64,000 nucleotides of DNA from Candidatus Hecatella orcuttiae (GTDB taxonomy: Archaea; Thermoproteota; Bathyarchaeia; Hecatellales; Hecatellaceae), in the NCBI GenBank assembly GCA_002011035.2, contig MTLY02000001.1, positions 384,001-448,000 of the forward strand, given 5' to 3'. Below, in pieces: positions 9,918 to 19,208 of the stretch. The notes under the pieces are model-generated. The model ran no database searches and was not told where the DNA came from. It worked only from the letters and a program-made list of their open reading frames with translations. The translations under genes were made by a program, and so were the position numbers. Positions within the stretch are counted from its first letter, which is position 1, and every line of letters starts with the position of its first letter.

Positions 9918-10657
9918 CAGGCTTCACCCTCCTTCCTAGTTTCCTCAGCTTTGGGCTCTTTTTCCGTTTCCTCTCCGACTGTTTCTTCCTCTTTTGCCTC
10001 TTCCATTTTTTCAGCGGCGGCAGCGGCTTCCTCTGAAGGTGGAGCGGCAACAGTAGCTGGCGGGCTTTCTTTAATTTCTATCTGGTCTGGAGACTTGTAG
10101 TCAGGGGGGACGATGGTTACCTGAACTCCGAAGAGGCCTTGTTTGAGCAGTGTATACACCACAGCCCTAGGGATTTTCTTCAACACTGAGTCGCCTACTT
10201 TGGGGAGGTATCCGGCTTTAAACTTCTCATGCCTAGCCCTTTCGGTTGTAAGCTTCCCTCCGATGACGATTTCCGCCCCCAAGGCTCCGGCGTCCATGAT
10301 GTTGGTGAGGGCCCAGTAGCAGGCTCTCCTGAAATGAACTCCTCTCTCCAACGCAGCAGCGATCTTGGAGGCCATGATGTGGGGGTTAAGCTCGGGGACG
10401 GGTACCTCCGCCACGGCTATTTGGGGGTTGGAGAGCCCAAATTTTTCCTCCAGATTTCTAGCTAAGTTTTTGATGCTTTCTCCACCTCGGCCGATTACCA
10501 GTCCCGGCTTAACCACGTAGAGGGTGACTCTAGTGCCGAGGGGGGTTTTGGCTATCTCCACTCCTCCATAGCCGGCTCTAGCTAAGGCTTTGCGCAGGAA
10601 CTCGTCTACGTCAACCCGCTTCTTGGACTCTGTTATTATCTGCTTTATCGCTGACAT
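9917..10657 (-). CDS. rps3: 30S ribosomal protein uS3
   Basis: AGYGG, KTPLGT, PGLVIGRGG KH motif, PELNP, GVHFRRA; acidic low-complexity tail. Confidence 0.97.
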   Translation of the reverse strand: MSAIKQIITESKKRVDVDEFLRKALARAGYGGVEIAKTPLGTRVTLYVVKPGLVIGRGGESIKNLARNLEEKFGLSNPQIAVAEVPVPELNPHIMASKIAAALERGVHFRRACYWALTNIMDAGALGAEIVIGGKLTTERARHEKFKAGYLPKVGDSVLKKIPRAVVYTLLKQGLFGVQVTIVPPDYKSPDQIEIKESPPATVAAPPSEEAAAAAEKMEEAKEEETVGEETEKEPKAEETRKEGEA

Positions 10658-10791
10658 TGTTACACCTAGGGTGACCCCTTATCTCAGCCTCATCCAGTCC
10701 TGACGAATTGTTTATTAACGTGCTTTAAACAATAAGAACAGGAGAGCTTTAAGTTTTACTTTTAAACCTCCAAAAGCTGGGTAAAAGAAAA

Positions 10792-11868
10792 ATGGCAGAA
10801 AAACCCACCGCCGTGATATACAGCGGCCGTTTTCTCGACCATAAGACAGGCGTCCACTGTGAAGCGCCCTCTAGGCTTAAAATAGCCATGGAAACCCTTC
10901 AAAACCCTGAGTTGAAGGCATCAGGCAAGTTTACCGTGATAGAGCCGCGGCTGGCTTCCAAGGAGGAAATAGCCCTAGTCCATAGCGTTGACTATATTGA
11001 AGAGGTGAGAAGCTTCTGCGCCCGGGGAGGCGGCTACTACGACGGCGACACTCCTCTGTCTCCGGAAAGCTTCGAGGTTGCTTCCCTAGCCGTGGGAGGC
11101 CTCCTAGAGGCTTGTGAAAAAGTTTTTTCAGGAGACATATCCAACGCCTTCGCCCTCGTACGGCCGCCCGGCCACCATGCGGGGATCCACGGGCGGGCTT
11201 TAGGGGCTTTGACCAATGGGTTCTGCGTCTTCAACAACGTAGCTGCAGCTACAGCCTACGCGGCGAAGAAAGGATGGGCGAGGAGATCCCTAATCTTCGA
11301 TTTTGACACTCACCACGGAAACGGAACTCAAGAGATCTTCAACTCCGACGCTCAAGTTCTCTACCTCAGCCTTCACCAGAGGGGAATATATCCGGGAACA
11401 GGCTACGAGGATGAAATCGGAGTAGGTGCGGGGAGAGGGTTTAAAGTTAACGTGCCGCTGCCAGCCCGCTCTGATGACGAGGTATACCTTAAAGTCCTGG
11501 GGGAAATCGTGGAGCCTGTGGCGGAACAGTTCAAACCAGAACTGATCCTACTCTCCGCAGGATACGACGCTCACCACTCAGACATCGTAGGGGGCATGTT
11601 CCTCTCCGCGGAAGGCTTCGCCAAAATGGTGGAAAGCATGGTGAAGTTGGCTCGAAAAAGTTGCGGTGGAAAGCTTCTAGCCTGTTTGGAGGGAGGATAT
11701 TCCGCTCAAGCTCTTTCTCAGGGGATAGCCTCAAGCTTGGCGGCCATGGCCGGGATTTCCCTGAGCCTCCGAGACCACGCCCCTCGGTCGCCCTCCCACG
11801 TGCAGTCTGCAGCAGCTCAAGTCATTCGGAAGGTTAAGGATAACCTAGGAAGCTACTGGAGTTTATAG
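10792..11868 (+). CDS. histone deacetylase / AcuC family Zn-dependent amidohydrolase
   Basis: RPPGHHA, GFCVFNN, DFDTHHGNGTQ, SAGYDAH, LEGGY motifs. Confidence 0.93.
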   Translation: MAEKPTAVIYSGRFLDHKTGVHCEAPSRLKIAMETLQNPELKASGKFTVIEPRLASKEEIALVHSVDYIEEVRSFCARGGGYYDGDTPLSPESFEVASLAVGGLLEACEKVFSGDISNAFALVRPPGHHAGIHGRALGALTNGFCVFNNVAAATAYAAKKGWARRSLIFDFDTHHGNGTQEIFNSDAQVLYLSLHQRGIYPGTGYEDEIGVGAGRGFKVNVPLPARSDDEVYLKVLGEIVEPVAEQFKPELILLSAGYDAHHSDIVGGMFLSAEGFAKMVESMVKLARKSCGGKLLACLEGGYSAQALSQGIASSLAAMAGISLSLRDHAPRSPSHVQSAAAQVIRKVKDNLGSYWSL

Positions 11869-11915
11869 TCTGCAGCAAGTTAACAGAAAGCCGGCTGTCT
11901 TCCCACCAGTTACAC

Positions 11916-12740
11916 TTACTCTAGGAGGGTGAGAAGTTCCTCCGGGTTCTTGACAACAAGGTCAGGGAGGATTCCCCAAGATAATTTTGGCCCAAGGCTT
12001 TCTCTGGTGAGGTAGATGGAGAAAATCTTAGAGATCTTAGCACCCAGCACATCTGTTTCCAGTTTATCTCCCACCATGGCAGCGCCATCCGGCTTGGTTC
12101 CGTAGCGTTCCAGCACTTGCTCAAAAACCTCAGGATAGGGTTTTCCCACATATTTAGGAGGCGTTCCGGAGGCTACAGCTATGGCCTCGCAGAGAGCTTT
12201 CCCGCCGAGGAAGTAGCCCTCTTCACCTTCGAAGACCCCTCTGAAAACAGGGTTAGGCCCTGCGCAGACAAGTCTAGCGCCGGATTTCACCAACTTCATG
12301 GCATGGTTAAGCCGCTGGTAGGTTACCTTTCTATCCACAGCCACTACCACAGCGTCAGCCGGTCCCTCCTCCACCAATTCCAGCCCTGCCGCGCTGAGTT
12401 CTTCGACTAAGCCCTCTTCCCCTATGAGGAAGCATCGGGCTTGAGGTTTCCATGCCCTGAGATAGGAGGCGGTGGCTGAGGAAGCCGTAGTGATGTTATC
12501 TGAAGCCACCTTGAAGCCTTGTTGGCGGAGGATTTCAACTATCCAGCGCCTAGATTTTCTTGAAACATTGGACAGGATGTGAAGCTTTTTGCCCATGGCC
12601 TCCAGCCTATCCAGAAGCTTTAAAGCACCAGCCACAGGTCTAGGGCGGTCCACACTGTCCATCAGCACGCCTTCCACGTCGAAGATGAAAAGGCTCTTAA
12701 GTTTGAGCTTGTTTTCCAAATTCTTCCCAGCCTCCCACAC
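11916..12740 (-). CDS. HAD-superfamily subfamily IIA hydrolase (NagD-like)
   Basis: FDVEGVL motif I (DxE variant), LSN, GKP, MVGDKLETD. Confidence 0.88.
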   Translation of the reverse strand: MWEAGKNLENKLKLKSLFIFDVEGVLMDSVDRPRPVAGALKLLDRLEAMGKKLHILSNVSRKSRRWIVEILRQQGFKVASDNITTASSATASYLRAWKPQARCFLIGEEGLVEELSAAGLELVEEGPADAVVVAVDRKVTYQRLNHAMKLVKSGARLVCAGPNPVFRGVFEGEEGYFLGGKALCEAIAVASGTPPKYVGKPYPEVFEQVLERYGTKPDGAAMVGDKLETDVLGAKISKIFSIYLTRESLGPKLSWGILPDLVVKNPEELLTLLE

Positions 12741-12834
12741 AGAACCCTAGAAGAAAAACATTTAAGCCTTTGCCGTGCCAATTTCATGGTTGCTTAAAAT
12801 CCAGTGGAAGGAGCATTCCGTCAGAGAGCATGCT

Positions 12835-12931
12835 GGCCGCCGTAACGTAGCCGGGTAGCGTACAGACACTCGAATGTGGGTGGTGCAGGCCTGTGGAGCC
12901 TGGAGGCCGGGTTCAAATCCCGGCGGCGGCC
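12835..12931 (+). tRNA. tRNA-His(GUG) with 23-nt intron at position 29/30 (12866-12888) and genomically encoded G-1
   Basis: acceptor GCCGCCG/CGGCGGC, C73 opposite G-1 (12835); anticodon arm CAG|GC-CTGTGGA-GCCTG after intron removal; T arm CCGGG-TTCAAAT-CCCGG; HBh' splice motif GTAC/GTGC, bulge AGA, helix CACTC/GGGTG. Confidence 0.93.
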
Positions 12932-13020
12932 TTCCCTTAAAGCGTAGGCGAAGCTTGTTGAGGCCGGTGAAAACTTAAAGTTTAAGTGTTGAATCATAGT
13001 ACATTTAGCGGCGGGAAACC

Positions 13021-13770
13021 ATGTTCAGGCTAGTTATCTCCGATTCTAGGGCTTGGAAGAATCTGATGGCGGCCATCTCTACGCTGGTGGAGGAAGCCAG
13101 CTTCGACGTTAAACCTGAGGGGTTGGCTTTGAGGGCTATGGACCCCAGCCACGTGGCCATGGTGGACTTCGAGTACCCTAAAGAGTCCTTTCAGGAATAC
13201 GAGTGCACGGAGCCTTCGAAGCTCTGTTTGGACATAGGTGACATGTTGAAGTTAATGAGGAGAGTGGAAGCGGGGGAAACCTTGGAGCTCACCCTAGACC
13301 CTCAAACCAACCATCTGAACATGAAGCTAACAGGAAAGTACAAGCGCCGGTTTTCGCTTCCCCTCCTCCAGCCCTCCGTCTCCGAGGTTCCGACCCCTAA
13401 GCTTACCTTCGACGCTCAGATTAAGATGGATGCAGACTGCCTAAACGACGCCATCACTGACATATCCAACGTCAGCGACCAAGTTAAAATCGAAGCCGAT
13501 GAAGAAAAGCTGGTTCTCACCGGGCTGAGTGAAACTGGAAACGTGGTGGTGGAGTTCGAAAGAGCGAACCAAGCTGTCTTGGATTTTCAAGTTAAGGGAG
13601 AGGCGAAAGCCCTCTACGGAGTAAGCTTTCTTCAAGACATGGTGAAGGCAGGGGCAGCCTCCTCAAAAGTAGTGTCTGTGGAGTTCTCCACGGATAAACC
13701 TGTCAAGATAGATTTCGAACTACCCCTTCAAGGAAAGCTAACCTATTATCTGGCACCCCGGCTGGAATAA
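13021..13770 (+). CDS. pcn: DNA polymerase sliding clamp PCNA
   Basis: RAMDPSHVAMVD motif, C-terminal YYLAPR. Confidence 0.97.
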   Translation: MFRLVISDSRAWKNLMAAISTLVEEASFDVKPEGLALRAMDPSHVAMVDFEYPKESFQEYECTEPSKLCLDIGDMLKLMRRVEAGETLELTLDPQTNHLNMKLTGKYKRRFSLPLLQPSVSEVPTPKLTFDAQIKMDADCLNDAITDISNVSDQVKIEADEEKLVLTGLSETGNVVVEFERANQAVLDFQVKGEAKALYGVSFLQDMVKAGAASSKVVSVEFSTDKPVKIDFELPLQGKLTYYLAPRLE

Positions 13771-14856
13771 ATGGAAACCGCTTTCCCTCAAAGCAGCGAA
13801 ACGGAGGAAAGCTGTCCCTTAACAAAACTTGACCACGCCAAATATCCCTTCACGAGGGAAGCTGCAGAATACGTAGGTAGACTTGGGTTCAGTTTGGAGG
13901 AAGTATCCAGCCCTGACTATAACACGGTGATCAGGAAAGCGGCTGAAAGGATCCTGAGGTCTGCCAAAAGCGTAAGAGGCCTCCCCTACGAAGTTTCCCC
14001 GCACTGGGATGACGAGCTCTTATCTTTTCCTCTATCTTTGATCATGATTAAAGAAGTCGGCGACGCCTACTTTCAGCAAAGATTTACCTTGCAAGAGGCG
14101 AAACTGGCTTCCGCCCGCCTGAGAGAAGAGGAGCTGAAAAAAGTCCTCTGGATTGCTAGGAAAACTTTCAAATGGAAAATATCCGAAGTCAGGGAACCAA
14201 GCTCCGTCCCCTATTTTAAGCTACATTTCGTCAACTACCTGAAAAACGCCATCAGATTCAGGGGAGAGGACAAATGGAAATTAACCAACAGAAAAATGGA
14301 ATACGGCGAGATTTACCTAAACAAAGCCGAGGTCGTCCGGCTGCTGGAGGAGGAGATAAGATCCCACATTCAAGAAAGAATAGAGAAAACCCCTCGCCCA
14401 GAGTTGCCTCCATCCCTGAAAGAGGCAGTAGGTAAACTGGAAGATGAACTTAAAAGCCTGAAGAAGACTCTCCCCTCGGAAGAGGTCCTAGGAGCCACAG
14501 ACAGTAGGGCTTTCCCTCCTTGTATGGCTGAGCTTTACACAGCCGTTTTGGGGGGAAAGAACGTGCCTCACGCAGGGAGGTTTACTTTAACGGCGTTTCT
14601 TCTCAGCACAGGCATGGAAGCTCAGGAAGTGGCTAGGCTTTACACCGCAGTCACAGACTTTGATGAAAGACTGACCCAATATCAGGTAGAGCATATAGCT
14701 GGACTGACGGGGGGAAGGACCAAGTATAAGCCTCTCAACTGCGCCAACATGCAAACCCACCGGCTGTGCGTGAACAAGGATGAAATATGCTCCCGGATCA
14801 AAAACCCCCTCCAATATTATAGAATAAAACTTAAACGCCTTCGGCTTTCTCGGTGA
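13771..14856 (+). CDS. priL: DNA primase large subunit PriL
   Basis: KYPF, W.L.NR....G, FPPCM, H.GRF, DFDERLT.YQVEHIAG, Fe-S cysteines, NPLQYY. Confidence 0.95.
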   Translation: METAFPQSSETEESCPLTKLDHAKYPFTREAAEYVGRLGFSLEEVSSPDYNTVIRKAAERILRSAKSVRGLPYEVSPHWDDELLSFPLSLIMIKEVGDAYFQQRFTLQEAKLASARLREEELKKVLWIARKTFKWKISEVREPSSVPYFKLHFVNYLKNAIRFRGEDKWKLTNRKMEYGEIYLNKAEVVRLLEEEIRSHIQERIEKTPRPELPPSLKEAVGKLEDELKSLKKTLPSEEVLGATDSRAFPPCMAELYTAVLGGKNVPHAGRFTLTAFLLSTGMEAQEVARLYTAVTDFDERLTQYQVEHIAGLTGGRTKYKPLNCANMQTHRLCVNKDEICSRIKNPLQYYRIKLKRLRLSR

Positions 14857-14972
14857 AGCCTCAAAGACAGCTATTCAGCCCTTATTCTTTGCACTTCTAG
14901 GTTCAGTTTTCCATCTTTTCTATGAACGTTTTATATTTAAGAAAATCCTTCAAGATGGGTAGTGTATCAGGT

Positions 14973-16472
14973 TTGGACACAGGTATCTACAGGTCTAGAC
15001 TGAATAAGCGCTTGGAAAAGAAAGCCGCCGGCTTCCTTTCCTCCATCGACGTGGATGAAGAAATCTTTGAAGAAGACATCGACGGCACTCAAGCCCACAA
15101 CATCATGCTCTACGAGCAAGGCATCATCAAAAAGGAGGACCTGAAAAAGATCCTAGCCGCTTTGGAGAACATTCGAAACTTAAAAAGAGCGGGAAAACTC
15201 AAACTGGACATGAACTACGAGGATGTTCACGAATTCTTGGAGGCCCAAGTTCTCAGAGAGCTAGGCTACGAAGTGGGAGGAAAGCTTCACACCGGCAGGT
15301 CGAGGAACGACCAGGTAGCTTTGGACGTTCGGATGAAACTGCGGTCTAAACTAAACAGCCTGTCTTCAGCCCTCCTCAGCCTAGTTAGGGAGCTGCAAAT
15401 CTGCGCCAAGGCTAACCTCGACACCTTGATGGTCCTCTACACGCATACTCAACATGCTCAGATAGGGCTTTTTTCCCATTATCTTCTAGCTTATGGAGAT
15501 GTTCTGCTCCGAGACTTCGAAAGGATTGAAGACTGCTATCGGAGGGTAAACTTAAGCCCCTTGGGCGCTTCAGCCATCGGAGGGTCCACCTTCAACCTCA
15601 ACAGGCTTAGGACAGCTGAGCTTCTCGGCTTCGACGGCATCGTGGAAAACTCCATCGACGCTGTGAGCTCTAGGGACTTCGCCCAAGAAGCTGCGGGAGC
15701 GGTAGCTCTCTTGATGGTTAATTTGAGCAGAATCGCTGAAGACTTTGTCATCTGGTCCAGCAGCGAATTTAACTATCTGGAACTGCATGACGCCTACGCA
15801 TCCCCTTCCAGCGTTATGCCTCACAAGAAAAACCCTTGCAGCCTAGAGCTGATAAAAGCCAAGGCCGGCTTAACCCTGGGCACTTTGACCAACATGCTGG
15901 CAACAGTAAAGGGAGTACCCACCGGCTACAGCCGAGACCTTCAAGAAACCAAGGCTCCCCTTTGGCTTTGCCTAAGAGAGGCTGAATCCGCTCTAGAAGT
16001 TTTAACCGGCATTGTCCGCAGTCTCAAAGTGAATAGAAAGCGAATGCGGGAAGTGGCGATGGAAAGCCATGCTTCAGCCGTGAACTTGGCTGAGGGTCTC
16101 GTTAAGGAAACAGGCTTATCCTTCAGGCAAGCGCACATGCTGGTTGGCAGGCTGGTGAAGGAAACGGTGAACAAAGGACTTAAGTTGACTGACCTAAATC
16201 CTAAGGCTTTAGCGAAGCTGTCGAAGGAAATTCTGGGGAAAAAGATAGAAATTTCTGAAAACCTTTTCACGAAACTTGTCAACCCGAAGCTTTTCCCCAA
16301 ACGCCTTTCCACCTTGGGGAGTTCGAACCCAGAAGAAATTAAAAGAATGCTCAAATCTCAAGAAGCAAAGCTTGTCGAGCTTAAAAAAAGGTTGATGCTC
16401 CGTCTGAAAAAAATTGAAAAAGCTGAGGAAAGGCTGAGGAAAACAGTTAAGGCCTACCTAGCCGCGGATTAA
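14973..16472 (+). CDS. argH: argininosuccinate lyase
   Basis: EDVH, LHTGRSRNDQV, YTHTQHAQ, SSVMPHKKNP signature; ORF-track ATG 14922 lies upstream of a TATA (14929-14935), so the start is probably TTG 14973 or ATG 14955. Confidence 0.93.
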   Translation: MDTGIYRSRLNKRLEKKAAGFLSSIDVDEEIFEEDIDGTQAHNIMLYEQGIIKKEDLKKILAALENIRNLKRAGKLKLDMNYEDVHEFLEAQVLRELGYEVGGKLHTGRSRNDQVALDVRMKLRSKLNSLSSALLSLVRELQICAKANLDTLMVLYTHTQHAQIGLFSHYLLAYGDVLLRDFERIEDCYRRVNLSPLGASAIGGSTFNLNRLRTAELLGFDGIVENSIDAVSSRDFAQEAAGAVALLMVNLSRIAEDFVIWSSSEFNYLELHDAYASPSSVMPHKKNPCSLELIKAKAGLTLGTLTNMLATVKGVPTGYSRDLQETKAPLWLCLREAESALEVLTGIVRSLKVNRKRMREVAMESHASAVNLAEGLVKETGLSFRQAHMLVGRLVKETVNKGLKLTDLNPKALAKLSKEILGKKIEISENLFTKLVNPKLFPKRLSTLGSSNPEEIKRMLKSQEAKLVELKKRLMLRLKKIEKAEERLRKTVKAYLAAD

Positions 16473-16558
16473 GTTACGGTGTTGGTGGGTGACTTTTTCC
16501 CTCTCATCAGCCGCTAGGAAACTTTAAGTCTGACTGCGCACCCATCCCATCGAGATGA

Positions 16559-17779
16559 GTTAAGACGGAAAGCCGAACCATAAGTTTCCTCCGGGAAAAA
16601 TTTAGAGAATATTATTCGAAAAACTCCGATAAAATCAAGCCTCCCAAGGCTTTGGGGCAGAGAGAATTCGGGTTCATCCTTTTTGGAAGAGAAAAGTCCA
16701 TGGTTCGCCATCGAAGATTCGAAAGCCGCCATCAACTGGTCGATTTTTTGATAAACTTAACCCCCTCCGATGTCTATTACTCCTCAGCCTACTACGAGAA
16801 ACCAGACGAAGAAAAAATGAAGGAGAAAGGATGGCTGGGAGCTGACTTGGTGTTCGACATAGACTGCGACGACCTTCGAACTCCTTGCAAAAAAACCCAT
16901 GACGCTTGGAAATGTTTAGACTGTGGAAAGACGGATGTGGGATTTGAGCCTGAACACTGCCCTAGATGTGAGAGTAGGAGAATCGACGTAGACCGCTGGG
17001 TTTGCGACTTATGCCTAGAAGCCGCCAAACAGGAATGTTTAAAGCTTCTATCCTTTTTGGAAGAAGACTTCGGCTTCCCCAGCCAGAGCATATCCATAGC
17101 CTTCTCCGGACACCGAGGCTACCACATTCATGTGGAAGAAGACACGGTGAAAAAGCTGGGTTCAGAAGAGCGAAAGGAAATCATCGACTACGTGACAGCC
17201 ACAGGACTGAAACTCCAATATCCGGAAAAAAATAGGATGCCGAAGCCTCTTCTATCCGAGAAGGGGTGGGAAGGCCGACTAGCCCGGACGCTCTATACCA
17301 TGTTCCAAAAAAGAGAAAGTCAACTCTTAGAAAACGGCCTGAGAAAAAGCATCGTGGCAATTATCTCTGAACAAAGAGATAAACTTCTCGAATGGCTTCA
17401 CTCAGAAACCGAGACTGAACCGTTGCCTTTAAAGAAGAAGGTATGGGAGGAACTCTTGGCAAAAGCTGTTGACGATGCAACCGCAGCCGTAGACACGGTT
17501 GTTACCACGGATATCCACCGCCTCATCCGAATGCCCACCACCCTCCATGGAAAAACAGGTTTAAAAGTAGCAGAAGTAGACGCAAACAGCCTACCCAGCT
17601 TCAAGCCTTTGACCGATTCCCTAGTGTTGAAGGGAGAAAATGTCAAAATAAAAATTTTACACTCAAAACCTCTAACCTTAGGGGAGAAAGTTTACCAGCT
17701 ACCAGCCGGAGAATCGGTAAAACTTCCTTTAGCTGAGGCCGTGTTCTTAGTTGGCACGGGAAAAGCTGTTTTGGCGTGA
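16559..17779 (+). CDS. priS: DNA primase catalytic subunit PriS (start codon non-canonical or frameshifted)
   Basis: REFGF, VYYSSAYY, GADLVFDID, FSGHRGYH, DIHRLIRMP.TLHGKTG, Zn insert; frame open upstream of TTG 16652 to 16559 with a conserved-looking FLREKFREYY N-terminus. Confidence 0.93.
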   Translation, partial: VKTESRTISFLREKFREYYSKNSDKIKPPKALGQREFGFILFGREKSMVRHRRFESRHQLVDFLINLTPSDVYYSSAYYEKPDEEKMKEKGWLGADLVFDIDCDDLRTPCKKTHDAWKCLDCGKTDVGFEPEHCPRCESRRIDVDRWVCDLCLEAAKQECLKLLSFLEEDFGFPSQSISIAFSGHRGYHIHVEEDTVKKLGSEERKEIIDYVTATGLKLQYPEKNRMPKPLLSEKGWEGRLARTLYTMFQKRESQLLENGLRKSIVAIISEQRDKLLEWLHSETETEPLPLKKKVWEELLAKAVDDATAAVDTVVTTDIHRLIRMPTTLHGKTGLKVAEVDANSLPSFKPLTDSLVLKGENVKIKILHSKPLTLGEKVYQLPAGESVKLPLAEAVFLVGTGKAVLA

Positions 17780-17891
17780 AGCCGGCTCTTTCTGCAGGTT
17801 TGTTCCTCCAAGATTAGAACACTCCTGACTATCGAAACACTTAAATTAACATTCGACTTATCGAGAGAAAGTACGCTAAAGGTGATGAAAT

Positions 17892-19193
17892 CTGAGTAAA
17901 ACGGAAGAAATTCTCAACAAGTATAAAACTTACGTGCAACAATGTTACCCGCCGGGGGACACCATAGTTTTTGTAGAAGGAAAAAACGTTATCCTCCAAG
18001 ACATTGAAGGCCGAACGTATCTTGATTGCTTTTCAGGCGTTGCAGTTAACAACGTGGGTCAATGCCATCCGAAGGTTGTTAAGGCGATCCAAGAGCAAGC
18101 CGCAAAAATGCTCCATGTGGCGTTTCTCTACCATAATGTTCCCATGATTACACTTGCCGAGAAACTGGTACAGGTCTCGCCTAAAGGTTTAACTAAATGC
18201 TTTTTTGCAGGAGGAGGCGCTGAAGCCGTGGAGGGCGCTGTAAAACTAGCTAAAAAATATGCGGTAGTCAACGGTAAAGCTGGGCTTCAAATAATATCCT
18301 TAGAGCATTCTTTCCATGGCAGAACAGCTTTAGCGCTAACACTTACCGGGCAGTCAAAATATAAAGTGAATCAGGGAGCCTTTGCGAATGTTCCCGGCGT
18401 GATCTATGCGCCTGCACCCTACTGTTATAGGTGTGTTTTGGAATATCCAGACTGCGGCCTATGGTGCGCTAAGTTCATTGAAGAGGTGATTGAGCTTAAA
18501 ACAACCAAACAGGTTGCAGCCTTCATCATGGAAACAGTGCTCGGAGAAGGGGGAATAATAGTTCCTCCAAAAGAATACTTGACAGCTGTTAGAAAAATCT
18601 GCGACGAATATGGAATACTGTTGATTCTAGATGAAATCCAGTCCGGCTGCGGACGGGTGGGGAAAATGTTCGCCTGCGAACATTACGAAGTTACACCAGA
18701 CATAATGGTTGTCGGGAAGGGGGTCGGCGGAGGTATGCCGCTTAGCGCAGTCGTTGCAAAGGAGAAAGTTGCCGCAGCATGGACTGCCGGGGACCATACA
18801 CATACATTTAGCGGTCACCCGGTTGTTTGCGCAGCAGGCATTGCCGCTCTTGAGGTTTTAGCTGAAGAGAAACTTCCAGAAAACGCTGAGAAAGTAGGAA
18901 GTCATATCCTCCAAGGACTGCATTCCCTGAAAGAAAAACATGCGTTAATAGGGGATGTACGGGGACTTGGTCTGATGATAGGAGTGGAACTTGTAAAAGA
19001 TAGGAAAAAGAAAACGCCAGCAACAGAGGAGGCTTCGAAGATTAAAAGCGCAATGGTTAAGCGCGGTATACTGATAGGCGTAGGCGGATTAAAGAAAAAC
19101 GTTTTAAGAATTCAGCCACCGTTAACACTGACGGTAGAACACGCGGACATGTTAATCGACGCATTAGACAAATCGTTCACGGAACTCAGCTAA
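17892..19193 (+). CDS. class III PLP-dependent aminotransferase (GabT/AGXT2-like omega-aminotransferase)
   Basis: YLDCFSG, GAEAVEGA, SFHGRT, DEIQSG.GR, GKGVGGG (PLP Lys), HTFSG; probable CTG start at 17892, 6 nt after GGTGA SD (ORF track starts at GTG 17934). Confidence 0.9.
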   Translation: MSKTEEILNKYKTYVQQCYPPGDTIVFVEGKNVILQDIEGRTYLDCFSGVAVNNVGQCHPKVVKAIQEQAAKMLHVAFLYHNVPMITLAEKLVQVSPKGLTKCFFAGGGAEAVEGAVKLAKKYAVVNGKAGLQIISLEHSFHGRTALALTLTGQSKYKVNQGAFANVPGVIYAPAPYCYRCVLEYPDCGLWCAKFIEEVIELKTTKQVAAFIMETVLGEGGIIVPPKEYLTAVRKICDEYGILLILDEIQSGCGRVGKMFACEHYEVTPDIMVVGKGVGGGMPLSAVVAKEKVAAAWTAGDHTHTFSGHPVVCAAGIAALEVLAEEKLPENAEKVGSHILQGLHSLKEKHALIGDVRGLGLMIGVELVKDRKKKTPATEEASKIKSAMVKRGILIGVGGLKKNVLRIQPPLTLTVEHADMLIDALDKSFTELS

Positions 19194-19208
19194 TCGGATT
19201 GTAACTTT

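Noticed and set aside
513-10465. Numerous plus-strand ORFs antisense to ribosomal protein, secY and adk genes (and similar shadow ORFs elsewhere)
   Set aside because: Fully overlap well-supported genes on the opposite strand or frame and have no recognisable motifs
10660-10730. GGATGA...CTGA in the rps3 leader as a K-turn or C/D-box element
   Set aside because: Boxes are only 2 nt apart, with no flanking stem or second box pair
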